Virus record (IMG/VR): IMGVR_UViG_3300042349_000638
Source of the DNA: an uncultured virus (IMG/VR IMGVR_UViG_3300042349_000638)
Lineage: Duplodnaviria > Heunggongvirae > Uroviricota > Caudoviricetes
Direction: 5' to 3' (one strand)
DNA: 64,000 bases
The position numbers and the translations under genes are program-made. Below the pieces are notes generated by a model, which was not told the origin of the DNA, searched no databases, and worked only from the letters and a program-made list of their open reading frames with translations. Position 1 is the stretch's first letter; each line of letters starts with the position of its first letter. Shown here in pieces: positions 43,429-52,945 of this stretch.

Positions 43429-46400
43429 AGTAAGGATTGGGGATGACATTTAACATAGAGCAAACAGTTCGGAAACCACCACTCAACTGACATGCCTCGC
43501 GGTAGGTGTTTGCCTCCTCAGAGTTGAGAAACTCCATAATAGCATGACCCTCCTCCTCACTGTCAACTAGTATGTACATACTATTATCTGTCACACCATA
43601 CTTACCATCATCATAGTAGGGGTAAAAGTTACCACCTTCCTTAAAGATGACTTTCTTTTGCTGATAGTATGGTTGAGGTTTCTTATCATAAACAAACTCA
43701 GGTTCTCCGTTAGGAGTAGTTTTGTTTACATTTACATAGCAACCTTCAAAGTAAACAGTAGGATCAAACTTATTGGGATTTTTCTTATCTTTGAAACGTG
43801 GAGCGCGTCCAACAGCAGCATTCAGACGGGGAATAGATGCATCAGTATTCAGATACTTTTGAAGTAGATCTAGACTGTGATTTGGTACAAAAGGATAATC
43901 ACGGAAGTCTACATCAACCCACTCTTCAGATGCTTGAAAGCGGACTTTAGTAGGACCAGTGCGCTCCTCTTTGCAGTATGAATACCAATCATAAGAAGTG
44001 TTAGCATTGAAAACTTTAACACCTTCCTTAGAAGAATGAATAGAAAGTTTTTCTACCTGAACATCACGCATCAGATAGTGACGCTTATTGGTAGGTTTCC
44101 GTAGACCAGGAGGATGCACCATGATACCATAACCACCCTCTTTCAGCAGATTGTAACCAAGTTCCGCAAAATCTCCATAAGCAGACTTACCTGTTTTGTG
44201 GGAATTGATTGAATACGGAGGATTTGAAATTACGCCATCAAATTGGATTTTACCCATCAGACCCTCCAGGTCAGAGACCACGTTGATTGCACTATCCACA
44301 CATTCTACCCTAAACAGGTGAGTTTGGCAAGACTCCCAGACCCAGATATTCTGGGCAGGGACGCCACACTTCTCAATCAGATAGGCAACTTGCGACCCAG
44401 AAGGATCACAAATCACAAGAATTTTGTGGTGAGGTTGAACATAATCTCCGATCATTTCAGAGAACATGTCATAAGGAATGCTGCGATGTTCTTTTGATGA
44501 GACTGAAAGTGTATCCAGAGTATCTGCGAAGGAATTCTTCATAGCAAGGGCAATATCTGTCGATACCTGAGAGATACGATGCATTAGACGATTGTAGTTC
44601 AGAAGACCGTCATCAAGGCAACGTTCAATAATATTCTGATTATCACCAGTAGAACTGATGTAATAATCAGACTTCAGAACGTTATCAACAGAATTTACAT
44701 TTTTACCATTACGCATTTCATAAAGAATTGTCAGAGGAATTGCTTCCAAAATAGACTTAATGGATTCTTTTTTGCGACTGAGTTCTTTATTATGAGCAGC
44801 AGGAGATTTACCTTCTACTTTTGTATTTGTCTTACCATTTGCACCATTATCATTCACTTCAGCACTTTTTGCGAGGTCTGAAGTAGAAGATTTGAGATCC
44901 AAGTTCATCTCAAATTCATTCAGTTTCTCCATATCAATATGATACACCGCACTTGCGATCAAAGAACGTGTATCAGCAATATCACATGCAGTGATCTGAT
45001 TGATTTGATCTTGAGTCATATGAACAAACTTATCTGCCCACTCTGAAATTGCAACAAATTCAATTGACTGATAGTTCAAAAGTTCTGGATTACTATCGCA
45101 AGCAATAGAATAAGATAAACGAATAGATTCTAGACACTTTTGGGGGGAAAATTCAATCACATTGTAATCATGATCACCCGACCCACCACGCGATGCACCT
45201 TGAATCCAAAACTCAGTAGATTTGCCATCAGAGCAATTAATAACCGTATCAATATCTTTGACAGTTACCCCAAGAACATTTGCCCAACGAGTAATAATCA
45301 TAGTCTTAGTATTCTCAGCAACATGCTTGCGAATCATGTCCGCATCAACACCAGACTCACCGATTGCAACAAGAGGAGAATAGTCCTTAATATAGTCTGC
45401 AATCAGTACACATGCTTCTGCACTAGGCATCAGCAAATATGCATGTTGAGTATCATTTAGAAGGCGATCTTTTGGATTACGAATGTGACGCTGAGTAGAA
45501 AGATAGTTATGCACAAAGTCAATTACCAGACTCTCATGTTCAAACTTACCATCTTTAATAGAAAAGATGTTGTTCATTGCATCAGGCAAGTCACCAAAGA
45601 TTTTACGATACTCTTGAGACTCATACTTTGCGAGGATTACATGCATTTTGCCACGATGAAAAACACCGCGCTGAACGTCAAGTTGCTCATCAAAGTATGT
45701 GTAAATGAAAGTGTTCTCTTGAGAGAAATCAGATGCTAGTTTGAAAGCAGTTCCAGACACATACATGCAAGGAACGTTCTTTAACTTAGAACGAATCTCT
45801 TTCCACTGCTTAGCACCATATCCGATATGGCATTCATCATAACAAAGAAAATCTACTTGATGAATGTCTTGGATTTTATTCACAAGACCCTGAATTGTAG
45901 ACCAAAGAATAACTTGAATACCTTCAACTTGCGACCAGTATTCTAATTGTTCTTTCCAATTTTTATCAGCAAGACAGATATATCTAAAGTGATCAAAGTC
46001 TATAAAGTTCTCAGAATCTTCTTTCCAAGATTGTTCTGGAGACTTGCTACGAGAAACAATCAAAGAAATCTTAAACTTGCGATCTAGAATGTGGGAAAGA
46101 ACCATCACTGATTTACCTGCGCGACACTTTGCCCACAAAAGAAACTCACAATATTCCTTATTTGCTTTCTTAATAAACTCCACTTGATAAGGACGAGGAG
46201 TAAACTTTACTTTCTCATCAAGAATTTTCCCATCAAGAGAAAACTGCTTACAGCACATATCTACAATAATTTCTTCAGTGTATGAGTGATCTCCACGAAA
46301 AGCAAAAATTTCTTTATGCTTTTTTGAATATGGAAGAGTCTTCAAAAAAGCATGGATATCGTGATCACGACCATCAAAGTCTTTAAAGAAAGCAATAACT

Positions 46401-46567
46401 CTATAATCCCCATTACCATCAGGTGAAATTGCTTCAAGCATTGCCCTTGCTTTGGAGTGATCCCCCATAGAAAGACGACCATTCACAAGATCTTGTTCAG
46501 TCTCACCGCATCCGATAATCAGATGAGGCATTTCAAAGTTGGGAGTGATAAAGTAAATGTTTTTCAT
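43409..46567 (-). CDS. Multidomain restriction-modification-like protein: putative nuclease + SF2 helicase + adenine MTase catalytic domain/TRD
   Basis: N-terminal IY...GET...R...DHDIH..L...EIF (T5orf172/GIY-YIG-like), PRPYQ, AKCRAGKS, YDECH, SGT, FDGVISNPPY. Confidence 0.82.
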   Translation of the reverse strand: MKNIYFITPNFEMPHLIIGCGETEQDLVNGRLSMGDHSKARAMLEAISPDGNGDYRVIAFFKDFDGRDHDIHAFLKTLPYSKKHKEIFAFRGDHSYTEEIIVDMCCKQFSLDGKILDEKVKFTPRPYQVEFIKKANKEYCEFLLWAKCRAGKSVMVLSHILDRKFKISLIVSRSKSPEQSWKEDSENFIDFDHFRYICLADKNWKEQLEYWSQVEGIQVILWSTIQGLVNKIQDIHQVDFLCYDECHIGYGAKQWKEIRSKLKNVPCMYVSGTAFKLASDFSQENTFIYTYFDEQLDVQRGVFHRGKMHVILAKYESQEYRKIFGDLPDAMNNIFSIKDGKFEHESLVIDFVHNYLSTQRHIRNPKDRLLNDTQHAYLLMPSAEACVLIADYIKDYSPLVAIGESGVDADMIRKHVAENTKTMIITRWANVLGVTVKDIDTVINCSDGKSTEFWIQGASRGGSGDHDYNVIEFSPQKCLESIRLSYSIACDSNPELLNYQSIEFVAISEWADKFVHMTQDQINQITACDIADTRSLIASAVYHIDMEKLNEFEMNLDLKSSTSDLAKSAEVNDNGANGKTNTKVEGKSPAAHNKELSRKKESIKSILEAIPLTILYEMRNGKNVNSVDNVLKSDYYISSTGDNQNIIERCLDDGLLNYNRLMHRISQVSTDIALAMKNSFADTLDTLSVSSKEHRSIPYDMFSEMIGDYVQPHHKILVICDPSGSQVAYLIEKCGVPAQNIWVWESCQTHLFRVECVDSAINVVSDLEGLMGKIQFDGVISNPPYSINSHKTGKSAYGDFAELGYNLLKEGGYGIMVHPPGLRKPTNKRHYLMRDVQVEKLSIHSSKEGVKVFNANTSYDWYSYCKEERTGPTKVRFQASEEWVDVDFRDYPFVPNHSLDLLQKYLNTDASIPRLNAAVGRAPRFKDKKNPNKFDPTVYFEGCYVNVNKTTPNGEPEFVYDKKPQPYYQQKKVIFKEGGNFYPYYDDGKYGVTDNSMYILVDSEEEGHAIMEFLNSEEANTYREACQLSGGFRTVCSMLNVIPNPYYVNKAN

Positions 46568-46603
46568 TAGTCTTAAAGAATGGTCATCAACCTTGACAAG
46601 GCA

Positions 46604-46633
46604 GATTATAAGGGAAATCTTAGGGGTGTGTCA
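46604..46633 (-). promoter_or_regulatory. Sigma70-type promoter for the RM-like gene
   Basis: TTGACA-18 nt-TATAAT on minus strand. Confidence 0.65.
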
Positions 46634-47075
46634 AGCGGTTTGGAAAAGAATACACAAAGTCATTTAAACCAAGATATTCGATATACAAAAGTTCTTCCAT
46701 TTGTCTTGCTTCAATTTCCCATGGTTGATTTTCATACTCAGTTTCAGTATAATCTATACCTCTCCAAAGACGTTTACCATGTTTGTCTTTAAGATTGCCC
46801 ATAACATGCTGATAGACATGCCATAGTTCATGAAACAAAGTTTTGAGATAGTGATCTGAATTCATACGATTATGAATCTCAATTTCAAACTCTCTAGGAC
46901 GGTAATTGCAATCCATAACCGTACACCATCCATAAACTCCTTCACGCATCAATCCGCGATGATTGATTTCTATCTCAAGTTTATGTCTTGGTAGATACTT
47001 TGCAATAAACCACTCTGTAGCGTTAATACAACGTTTCTTGCTATAGTTGCGTCCAGAGATATACAATGTAAGCAT
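46620..47075 (-). CDS. HExxH zinc metallopeptidase-like protein, copy 2
   Basis: TLFHELWHVYQ...QPWEIEA. Confidence 0.75.
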   Translation of the reverse strand: MLTLYISGRNYSKKRCINATEWFIAKYLPRHKLEIEINHRGLMREGVYGWCTVMDCNYRPREFEIEIHNRMNSDHYLKTLFHELWHVYQHVMGNLKDKHGKRLWRGIDYTETEYENQPWEIEARQMEELLYIEYLGLNDFVYSFPNRLTHP

Positions 47076-47254
47076 TAGACCAGACCATCAAGAATAATAT
47101 AAGTTAAACGGACTCCCCAATTCATTAGTAGCATAAGAGATCCTACAAAAATCAAACGTTCTAAGTTTGAAAATTTCATGAGAAAGATGAAACTCCACAT
47201 ACAATAACCCCACCCAGAGATATCTGAGCGGGGTGTGTGACACTTTCTAAACTG

Positions 47255-47614
47255 TCATTGATATATTTTTATTTCACGAAATTCTGAATTATATGAATTA
47301 TTAATTTCTTTTTTAATCTTTGATCTTTCATCGTTTAATTTATAGACCGAACGTGCAAGTTCAATGAACCTAGCACAAAAATTTTGAGAAGATTCAAATC
47401 TTCTTACTTCATTCTCAACCTCCCAAAGATTTTTGTTTACATTCTTTAGTTTATAAATTAAACTTATCTCATAAACATTATTTGCTATTGCAATGTTTAT
47501 GAGTTCATTTAATTCTTTTTCTACATATTCACTTGAGGTTTTTTGAAACTTTATTTGAAGTATGCTTATTTTGTCTAGAAGTTCGCCAACCGAAATTGGA
47601 ATAGTTATTTTCAT
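47255..47614 (-). CDS. DUF6165-like protein
   Basis: PISVGELLDKISILQIK...LWEVE...FIELARSVY.LNDER..IK..IN. Confidence 0.7.
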   Translation of the reverse strand: MKITIPISVGELLDKISILQIKFQKTSSEYVEKELNELINIAIANNVYEISLIYKLKNVNKNLWEVENEVRRFESSQNFCARFIELARSVYKLNDERSKIKKEINNSYNSEFREIKIYQ

Positions 47615-49152
47615 AATGGAGCATCAAGATTAATATTAGTTTTAATGAACTCAATTAATTTTTCATTCTTAGAAACTATTCCCAATCCAAATGTATGAGT
47701 AAAATTGACTTTTGGTAAGTCTAATTCCTCAAAGAATCTTTTTACCCCATATTCATTACCGTTAATATTTTCAACCATAGTATCATGAAATAGAATAATA
47801 CCATCATCGTCTAAGAATTTACTCCATGTCTCATAATCATTCTTTACTGATTCATATGCATGATCCCCGTCTATATGGAGCAGATTAATCTTTTTATCCC
47901 AAGTCTTAGCAACATCATCAAAAGTACCTTTAATGAAGGTTACAGAGTCATCTAGACCAGTCTCACGCGCTTTCTGAGTGACAAATTCAAACAGTTGGTT
48001 AGAATCTCTTGCGCCCGCATATTGATCACCTTCGAAGGTATCAACTCCATATACTTTTTGTCCAACCTTAGGTGTTCCAAATACAAATGTAGAATATCCA
48101 TGATCAACACCAAGATCGACCACAACCTCAGGTTTAATTGTAGATACCAACCACTTTGCAAAATTCTTGTGTCCTTTCCAGCAACTATGAATATCCTCAT
48201 AGTTTTTTCTGCTCAACTCTTTGATTGCCTCACTTCTTGCTGAAGATTCTCTTAATTCTGGAATAAAAGCAGTTGAGAATACAGTAAGATCCAGATTTCC
48301 AATTTCTTTACTGAAACCAAAAAGATTTTGGAAAGATTCGATTGCAAACGGTTCCCCAAGCATCAAAGACTCACTCATTGAATGAATAAGATAATTTGCA
48401 GATCTTTGAATATCTCCATTCTGGAAAAATATTTTACTACATTCAACAAACACTTTTACTCTAAAACTATTAAAATATGCTTGAGTGCAAGTTAAGAATT
48501 GCTGTCCATAATCTAAAGCTAGTTCATAATTTTTTACAGTTAGATGATGATTGAAAACAAACCAAATGTAATACCAATTTGTAGGATTAGTCTTAAGTTC
48601 TCTCTCACAAATTGAAAGGTAAAAAAGTTCTTTATCTACACTTTTATTAATTAACTTTGTAATTTTCGTAGTGACATCTACTACATTTTCTTTTGGAAAG
48701 TTTTCCGTTGCTACAAAAATTGGAGTTTCATGAACAGCATTAACCCACTTATAATTTTCTTTTCTATGAAAACGAATGTGAACTTCATTTGATGGATAAA
48801 TTTGTCCGTCTTTATCATCAAATCTAAGATGCTTAAATGCGCTGAATTGATCTTCAATCTGATCTAAACCATCTGCAAAGTAATCGTCAATATCTTCATT
48901 GAAATCTAAACTCAAGCACCAATCATTTGTTGCATATGAAAGTGCCTGATTTCTTGCTACTGAAAAATCAAACTCATCTCTAGATTGTGGATGCTCATAA
49001 ACAGTAATTCCAGCATCCCTCAGCAACTGAACTGTATTGTCAATACTACCAGTATCAACTACAACAACCTCATCAAATTTTTCCGCATTCTTTAGAAACT
49101 TTTCAATATTCTTTTCTTCATTTTTTGCGATAGAATATAAACTTACTTTCAT
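47611..49152 (-). CDS. Glycosyltransferase family 2 + TPR-like + class I SAM methyltransferase fusion
   Basis: IAKNEE...VVDTGS.D...FDFS.ARN...LDFNE; VDLGV..GYS, LLHIDGDH.YE.V..D, FHD. Confidence 0.85.
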   Translation of the reverse strand: MKVSLYSIAKNEEKNIEKFLKNAEKFDEVVVVDTGSIDNTVQLLRDAGITVYEHPQSRDEFDFSVARNQALSYATNDWCLSLDFNEDIDDYFADGLDQIEDQFSAFKHLRFDDKDGQIYPSNEVHIRFHRKENYKWVNAVHETPIFVATENFPKENVVDVTTKITKLINKSVDKELFYLSICERELKTNPTNWYYIWFVFNHHLTVKNYELALDYGQQFLTCTQAYFNSFRVKVFVECSKIFFQNGDIQRSANYLIHSMSESLMLGEPFAIESFQNLFGFSKEIGNLDLTVFSTAFIPELRESSARSEAIKELSRKNYEDIHSCWKGHKNFAKWLVSTIKPEVVVDLGVDHGYSTFVFGTPKVGQKVYGVDTFEGDQYAGARDSNQLFEFVTQKARETGLDDSVTFIKGTFDDVAKTWDKKINLLHIDGDHAYESVKNDYETWSKFLDDDGIILFHDTMVENINGNEYGVKRFFEELDLPKVNFTHTFGLGIVSKNEKLIEFIKTNINLDAPL

Positions 49153-49865
49153 AGGTACTTCTCCCAATCAATACAAGGTGATAGAAATTCTGAGTGACAA
49201 TGTGTGGAATATCCAGGTATAGATGATGCCAAATATTTTCCTTTTTGACTTAATTCAAGAAATTTAATATGATCATTGGATGGTTCAACATCCGTTGAGT
49301 ATTTAACATGGATATCTAAGTCATCTTTTAAATTACCAAAGGTAGTAGCGAAGGTATTTGTAGTTGAAGGAACAGGTCTCCAATGAGAATTTTCTGTGAT
49401 TAAAACTCTGGACATTAGACTTGAATACATTCCACTGTATTTGTCCCCATGATCATACAATGTAATGTATTTCACCGTGTCCTTTTCATTCACTTTAATA
49501 TCAAATCCTTCAATTAAAACTTGAGTCCAATTATCTCTATGAACATAATCATCTTCTAGAAAGTAAATGATTGTATTATCATCAAAGTTTTGACTATCAA
49601 CATATTCTAAGGTTTTTAGGAAACTTTTTGCTTCTCCACCTTCGTTAATTTTTACTAAACCTTCTTCATCTTTTAAAAATGTATCTTCAATTTTTCCATA
49701 ATGTTCATCATATATGATGGTATAATTGATCAGTTCTGGATCAAGAGTTCTTTTAAAATTTTCAAATACTTTTTCTTTATCCCACCAAGATGGTCTAGAT
49801 CTTGATGGTTGCTCTTGCAACTTAGAGTAAAAGCAATGACGTAAAAATACTTCAACCTTTTTCAT
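49149..49865 (-). CDS. Putative glycosyltransferase
   Basis: IYFLEDDYVH motif; cluster context. Confidence 0.6.
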   Translation of the reverse strand: MKKVEVFLRHCFYSKLQEQPSRSRPSWWDKEKVFENFKRTLDPELINYTIIYDEHYGKIEDTFLKDEEGLVKINEGGEAKSFLKTLEYVDSQNFDDNTIIYFLEDDYVHRDNWTQVLIEGFDIKVNEKDTVKYITLYDHGDKYSGMYSSLMSRVLITENSHWRPVPSTTNTFATTFGNLKDDLDIHVKYSTDVEPSNDHIKFLELSQKGKYLASSIPGYSTHCHSEFLSPCIDWEKYL

Positions 49866-50548
49866 TTTGCCATGTTCCCAAAAAATTCTTTTGCTGTTTG
49901 AATAGTTTTTTCTTCTTTAGATACTTTCATCACATACTTGTCTTTGAAACTTTCTTTTTCAAAGACTATCATTGAGTTGTAAAAAGATAATCCTGATAGG
50001 TTTTCTATTACTGGATTAAATGGTTCTTCCATGTATTCAATATTCATGTTATGAACAAAGTTACTAAAAACAGAAATTGAATTTGTATTAGATCTCAATC
50101 CTCCTTGAAATATATTAAAATAAGCGGTGTGAGTATCTTCTACAATATAACATCCACCATTATTCAGAGTTGGATACAAAAAGAAAAAAGAATTTAGAAC
50201 ATCGGATTGAATGTGACTTCCATCATCAATGATAATATCAAAAGGACCATGCTCTTCGCATATTCTTTTTAGAAAAATCTCATCTGATTGGTCTCCAATC
50301 TCTACAGTAATTTGATCCTCAGCAAATTTAAATTCTTCATGAATATCAATTCCTAAAATTTCAGAGTCGGGTCCAAAATACTGTTTCCACATTTGCAGGG
50401 AACCACCACCTTGAACGCCAATTTCAAGTAATTTTATAGGTTTATTTCTATACTTAGATAAGTGCCTCTCATATAAGTCGAAATAATGTAACCATTTATG
50501 AATTGGTCTATCATTATTTTGCTTAAAGATTTCAATTAATGATTTCAT
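49862..50548 (-). CDS. Class I SAM-dependent sugar O-methyltransferase
   Basis: KW.HYF..YE, LLEIGVQGGGS..MW, GDQSD, FDIIIDDGSH, YIVED. Confidence 0.85.
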   Translation of the reverse strand: MKSLIEIFKQNNDRPIHKWLHYFDLYERHLSKYRNKPIKLLEIGVQGGGSLQMWKQYFGPDSEILGIDIHEEFKFAEDQITVEIGDQSDEIFLKRICEEHGPFDIIIDDGSHIQSDVLNSFFFLYPTLNNGGCYIVEDTHTAYFNIFQGGLRSNTNSISVFSNFVHNMNIEYMEEPFNPVIENLSGLSFYNSMIVFEKESFKDKYVMKVSKEEKTIQTAKEFFGNMAK

Positions 50549-51336
50549 AGATTAATATTAAATTTGTCAAAGAGATCTGTATTTTCTTTTCCTATAACTT
50601 CTTCTGGTGGAAGATTAGTTCTACCAAGTTTGGAGCGGATTTTATGAAGATTTTCTAATCCCCAAGCAGCATCTTTTTCTTCTGCACATGTATTTAGAAT
50701 GTTATTAAAGTCGTGGTCAAAGGATTCTATCTGCAAAAAATTATAAATCTTTTCTAATTCTTTCTGTGGATCGTTAGTTAGGTTATTATAATCAACCAAA
50801 TGAATATTGCTACGAAAGTTACTCAGTCCAAATACTGTACTTTCATATGGGTCAGAAATATAATTTCTCCATAGACATTCAACTCTATTGTCTAGTGTAA
50901 TTTCTTTTCCAATTGATCTTAGATAATTGTCAACAAAATTATCTTGTTGATTATTTTTTTTAATTAATGTAATGTATGAAGCAATTACTTCACTAATTCT
51001 TCTGTTTGTGCAGATAATTTTTGGATCTTTTCCTAAGAATTTTTTAACTGAATTTACATTTCTAGGCCATGCTCTATGTTTATCAATCACATATTCTTTA
51101 GGTATATGGGAATAAAAATTATTAAGTATAGATGAATATGTATTATGAGTAATATTTATTTTATCATAAGTATATTGAATATCTAATCTAGAAAAGTTTT
51201 CATCAACTAGACAAAGTAAGTCTGATAATGGACTTGTTGGAGTTACATGAATATCTGGGTGCTGATTTAAAATCGACCCAAGAAGTGTAGATCCTGATCT
51301 TGGAAGACCAGATAGAAATAACAAAGAATTTTTCAT
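50545..51336 (-). CDS. Sulfotransferase family protein
   Basis: GLPRSGSTLL..ILNQHP PAPS-binding loop. Confidence 0.85.
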   Translation of the reverse strand: MKNSLLFLSGLPRSGSTLLGSILNQHPDIHVTPTSPLSDLLCLVDENFSRLDIQYTYDKINITHNTYSSILNNFYSHIPKEYVIDKHRAWPRNVNSVKKFLGKDPKIICTNRRISEVIASYITLIKKNNQQDNFVDNYLRSIGKEITLDNRVECLWRNYISDPYESTVFGLSNFRSNIHLVDYNNLTNDPQKELEKIYNFLQIESFDHDFNNILNTCAEEKDAAWGLENLHKIRSKLGRTNLPPEEVIGKENTDLFDKFNINL

Positions 51337-51339
51337 AAT

Positions 51340-52572
51340 TTATGGGTATAATACTGTTCCGTCATATTTGTTTGCTAGAGTCCATTGTGACATTGGACCA
51401 ACTGATATCTTTCTCCAATCAGTATTTGTTGTCACTTGTGTTGGGAATGAAACTCTTTGAATTAAAGTATTGCCAATACCAACTTGACCGTTACTATTTA
51501 ATCCCCATGCCCATAATGTGCCATCTGATTTCAAAGCAACGGTATGATATTGTCCACATGAAACATCTTTCCAATTACCTGATCCATAATTATTATTAAA
51601 ATCAGCTCCATATAATTGGAATGGTGATGTATAAATTGAGTTATTTGTTACGCCAACGCCTAACTGACCATCACTGTTTATTCCCCATACCCATAAAGAA
51701 CCATTATCTTTAATTGCAGCACTGTGAGATCTTCCCGCTGATGCTGTTCTCCAAACAAATCCTGGTTCAACTTCAGTTGGAATAGTTACAAAAAGGATTG
51801 ATGGATTTTTTCCACATTGAGCTCCATCATTTACTCCCCATGCATATAATTTTCCATCATTTTTAATTGCTAATGCGTGTCCGTAACCACAATCAACTGA
51901 CTTCCAATCATTTCCACCAGCAAATGTGGTTACTGGAGTTGATCTAATAAGATCTGGTCCAGGAAATGTATATGTTCCTATTCCAAGTCTTGCTCCATAA
52001 TTATTTCCCCAAACCCACAAACTTCCGTCAGTTTTAACAGCTGCTGCAAAATGTCTTCCACAAGAAACTTGCTTCCAGTTATTTCCCCCAGCAAATGTTG
52101 TAACTGGAGTTGAACGTGTAACAGTGATTCCTATTCCTAATTGTCCAAACTGATTTTGTCCCCAAGTCCATAGGGAACCATCAGTTTTAATTGCAGCAAC
52201 AAATGTTTCTGCTCCAGTAGAAAGACTTCTCCAAGTTTTATCTCCACTAATTACAGTTGGAGTTGTTGCTTGAACAGGAACCCCATTTGTCCCTAATTGT
52301 CCATAACTATTGTTTCCCCAAACGAACATTTGTCCGTCAGCCGCTATTCCATATCCACTAAAACGACCATTGCATATATCATTCCAATATTGTGCTCCAG
52401 ATAACATAATAACTGGACTACTTCTGGTTATTAAATCATTAGTTCCCAATTGCGCGTTTACATTGAGTCCCCAGTTCCAAGCAGTTCCCTGCTGAAACAA
52501 TCTTGCTGATACAAAGACATCATCAAATGCTACTTCTTGTCCGTTTTGTGTGAAATTAAATTTACCTGACAT
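51340..52572 (-). CDS. RCC1/BLIP-II repeat beta-propeller protein 1
   Basis: Repeats of AIKTDGSLW.WG.N..GQLG...STPV. Confidence 0.9.
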   Translation of the reverse strand: MSGKFNFTQNGQEVAFDDVFVSARLFQQGTAWNWGLNVNAQLGTNDLITRSSPVIMLSGAQYWNDICNGRFSGYGIAADGQMFVWGNNSYGQLGTNGVPVQATTPTVISGDKTWRSLSTGAETFVAAIKTDGSLWTWGQNQFGQLGIGITVTRSTPVTTFAGGNNWKQVSCGRHFAAAVKTDGSLWVWGNNYGARLGIGTYTFPGPDLIRSTPVTTFAGGNDWKSVDCGYGHALAIKNDGKLYAWGVNDGAQCGKNPSILFVTIPTEVEPGFVWRTASAGRSHSAAIKDNGSLWVWGINSDGQLGVGVTNNSIYTSPFQLYGADFNNNYGSGNWKDVSCGQYHTVALKSDGTLWAWGLNSNGQVGIGNTLIQRVSFPTQVTTNTDWRKISVGPMSQWTLANKYDGTVLYP

Positions 52573-52573
52573 T

Positions 52574-52945
52574 TTAGAGCTCTATCCAGTTATTTTCTTT
52601 CAAGTAAATGACTGGAGTATTCATTAAAGAACTCCAGATTTTAAACCAATCTAATGTATTAGTATTTATTTCCTGATTCTCTATAGGTAAAATTTTTAAG
52701 TATTGTTTTTCTTCTTTGTTTTCAACTGAAACTAAAAACTTACATCTATCAGGTCTCATTTCAATAGGTAACACTTCTTGAGCCCAAGCACAAAAGTAAT
52801 TCATGCAAACATTTGGTCTTGCTTTATGGACACTGCATCCAGACCCGCATAAAAACTTGCAGGATTTTCCATTGCCAAAATCATAACCATAAGCATTACC
52901 AATTAACCAAGTGCAACATGCTGTGCAATCTCCACATTCTCTCAT
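52574..52945 (-). CDS. YkgJ-like Cys-cluster protein
   Basis: CGDCTACC...C.FL...GC.VH..RP.VC..Y.C. Confidence 0.75.
   Translation of the reverse strand: MRECGDCTACCTWLIGNAYGYDFGNGKSCKFLCGSGCSVHKARPNVCMNYFCAWAQEVLPIEMRPDRCKFLVSVENKEEKQYLKILPIENQEINTNTLDWFKIWSSLMNTPVIYLKENNWIEL

Larger units (their letters stand above)
5599..47258. repeat. Dispersed 22-bp palindrome GTG(C/A)CA(G/C)TT-N4-AA(C/G)TG(G/T)CAC, about 25 copies, upstream of -10 boxes
   Basis: Copies start at 5599, 5877, 6422, 6677, 7022, 7582, 8543, 9087, 9339, 9614, 9786, 12860, 14250, 15563, 16629, 17267, 27596, 29056, 30032, 31589, 37669, 38219, 41504, 43009, 47237. Confidence 0.9.
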
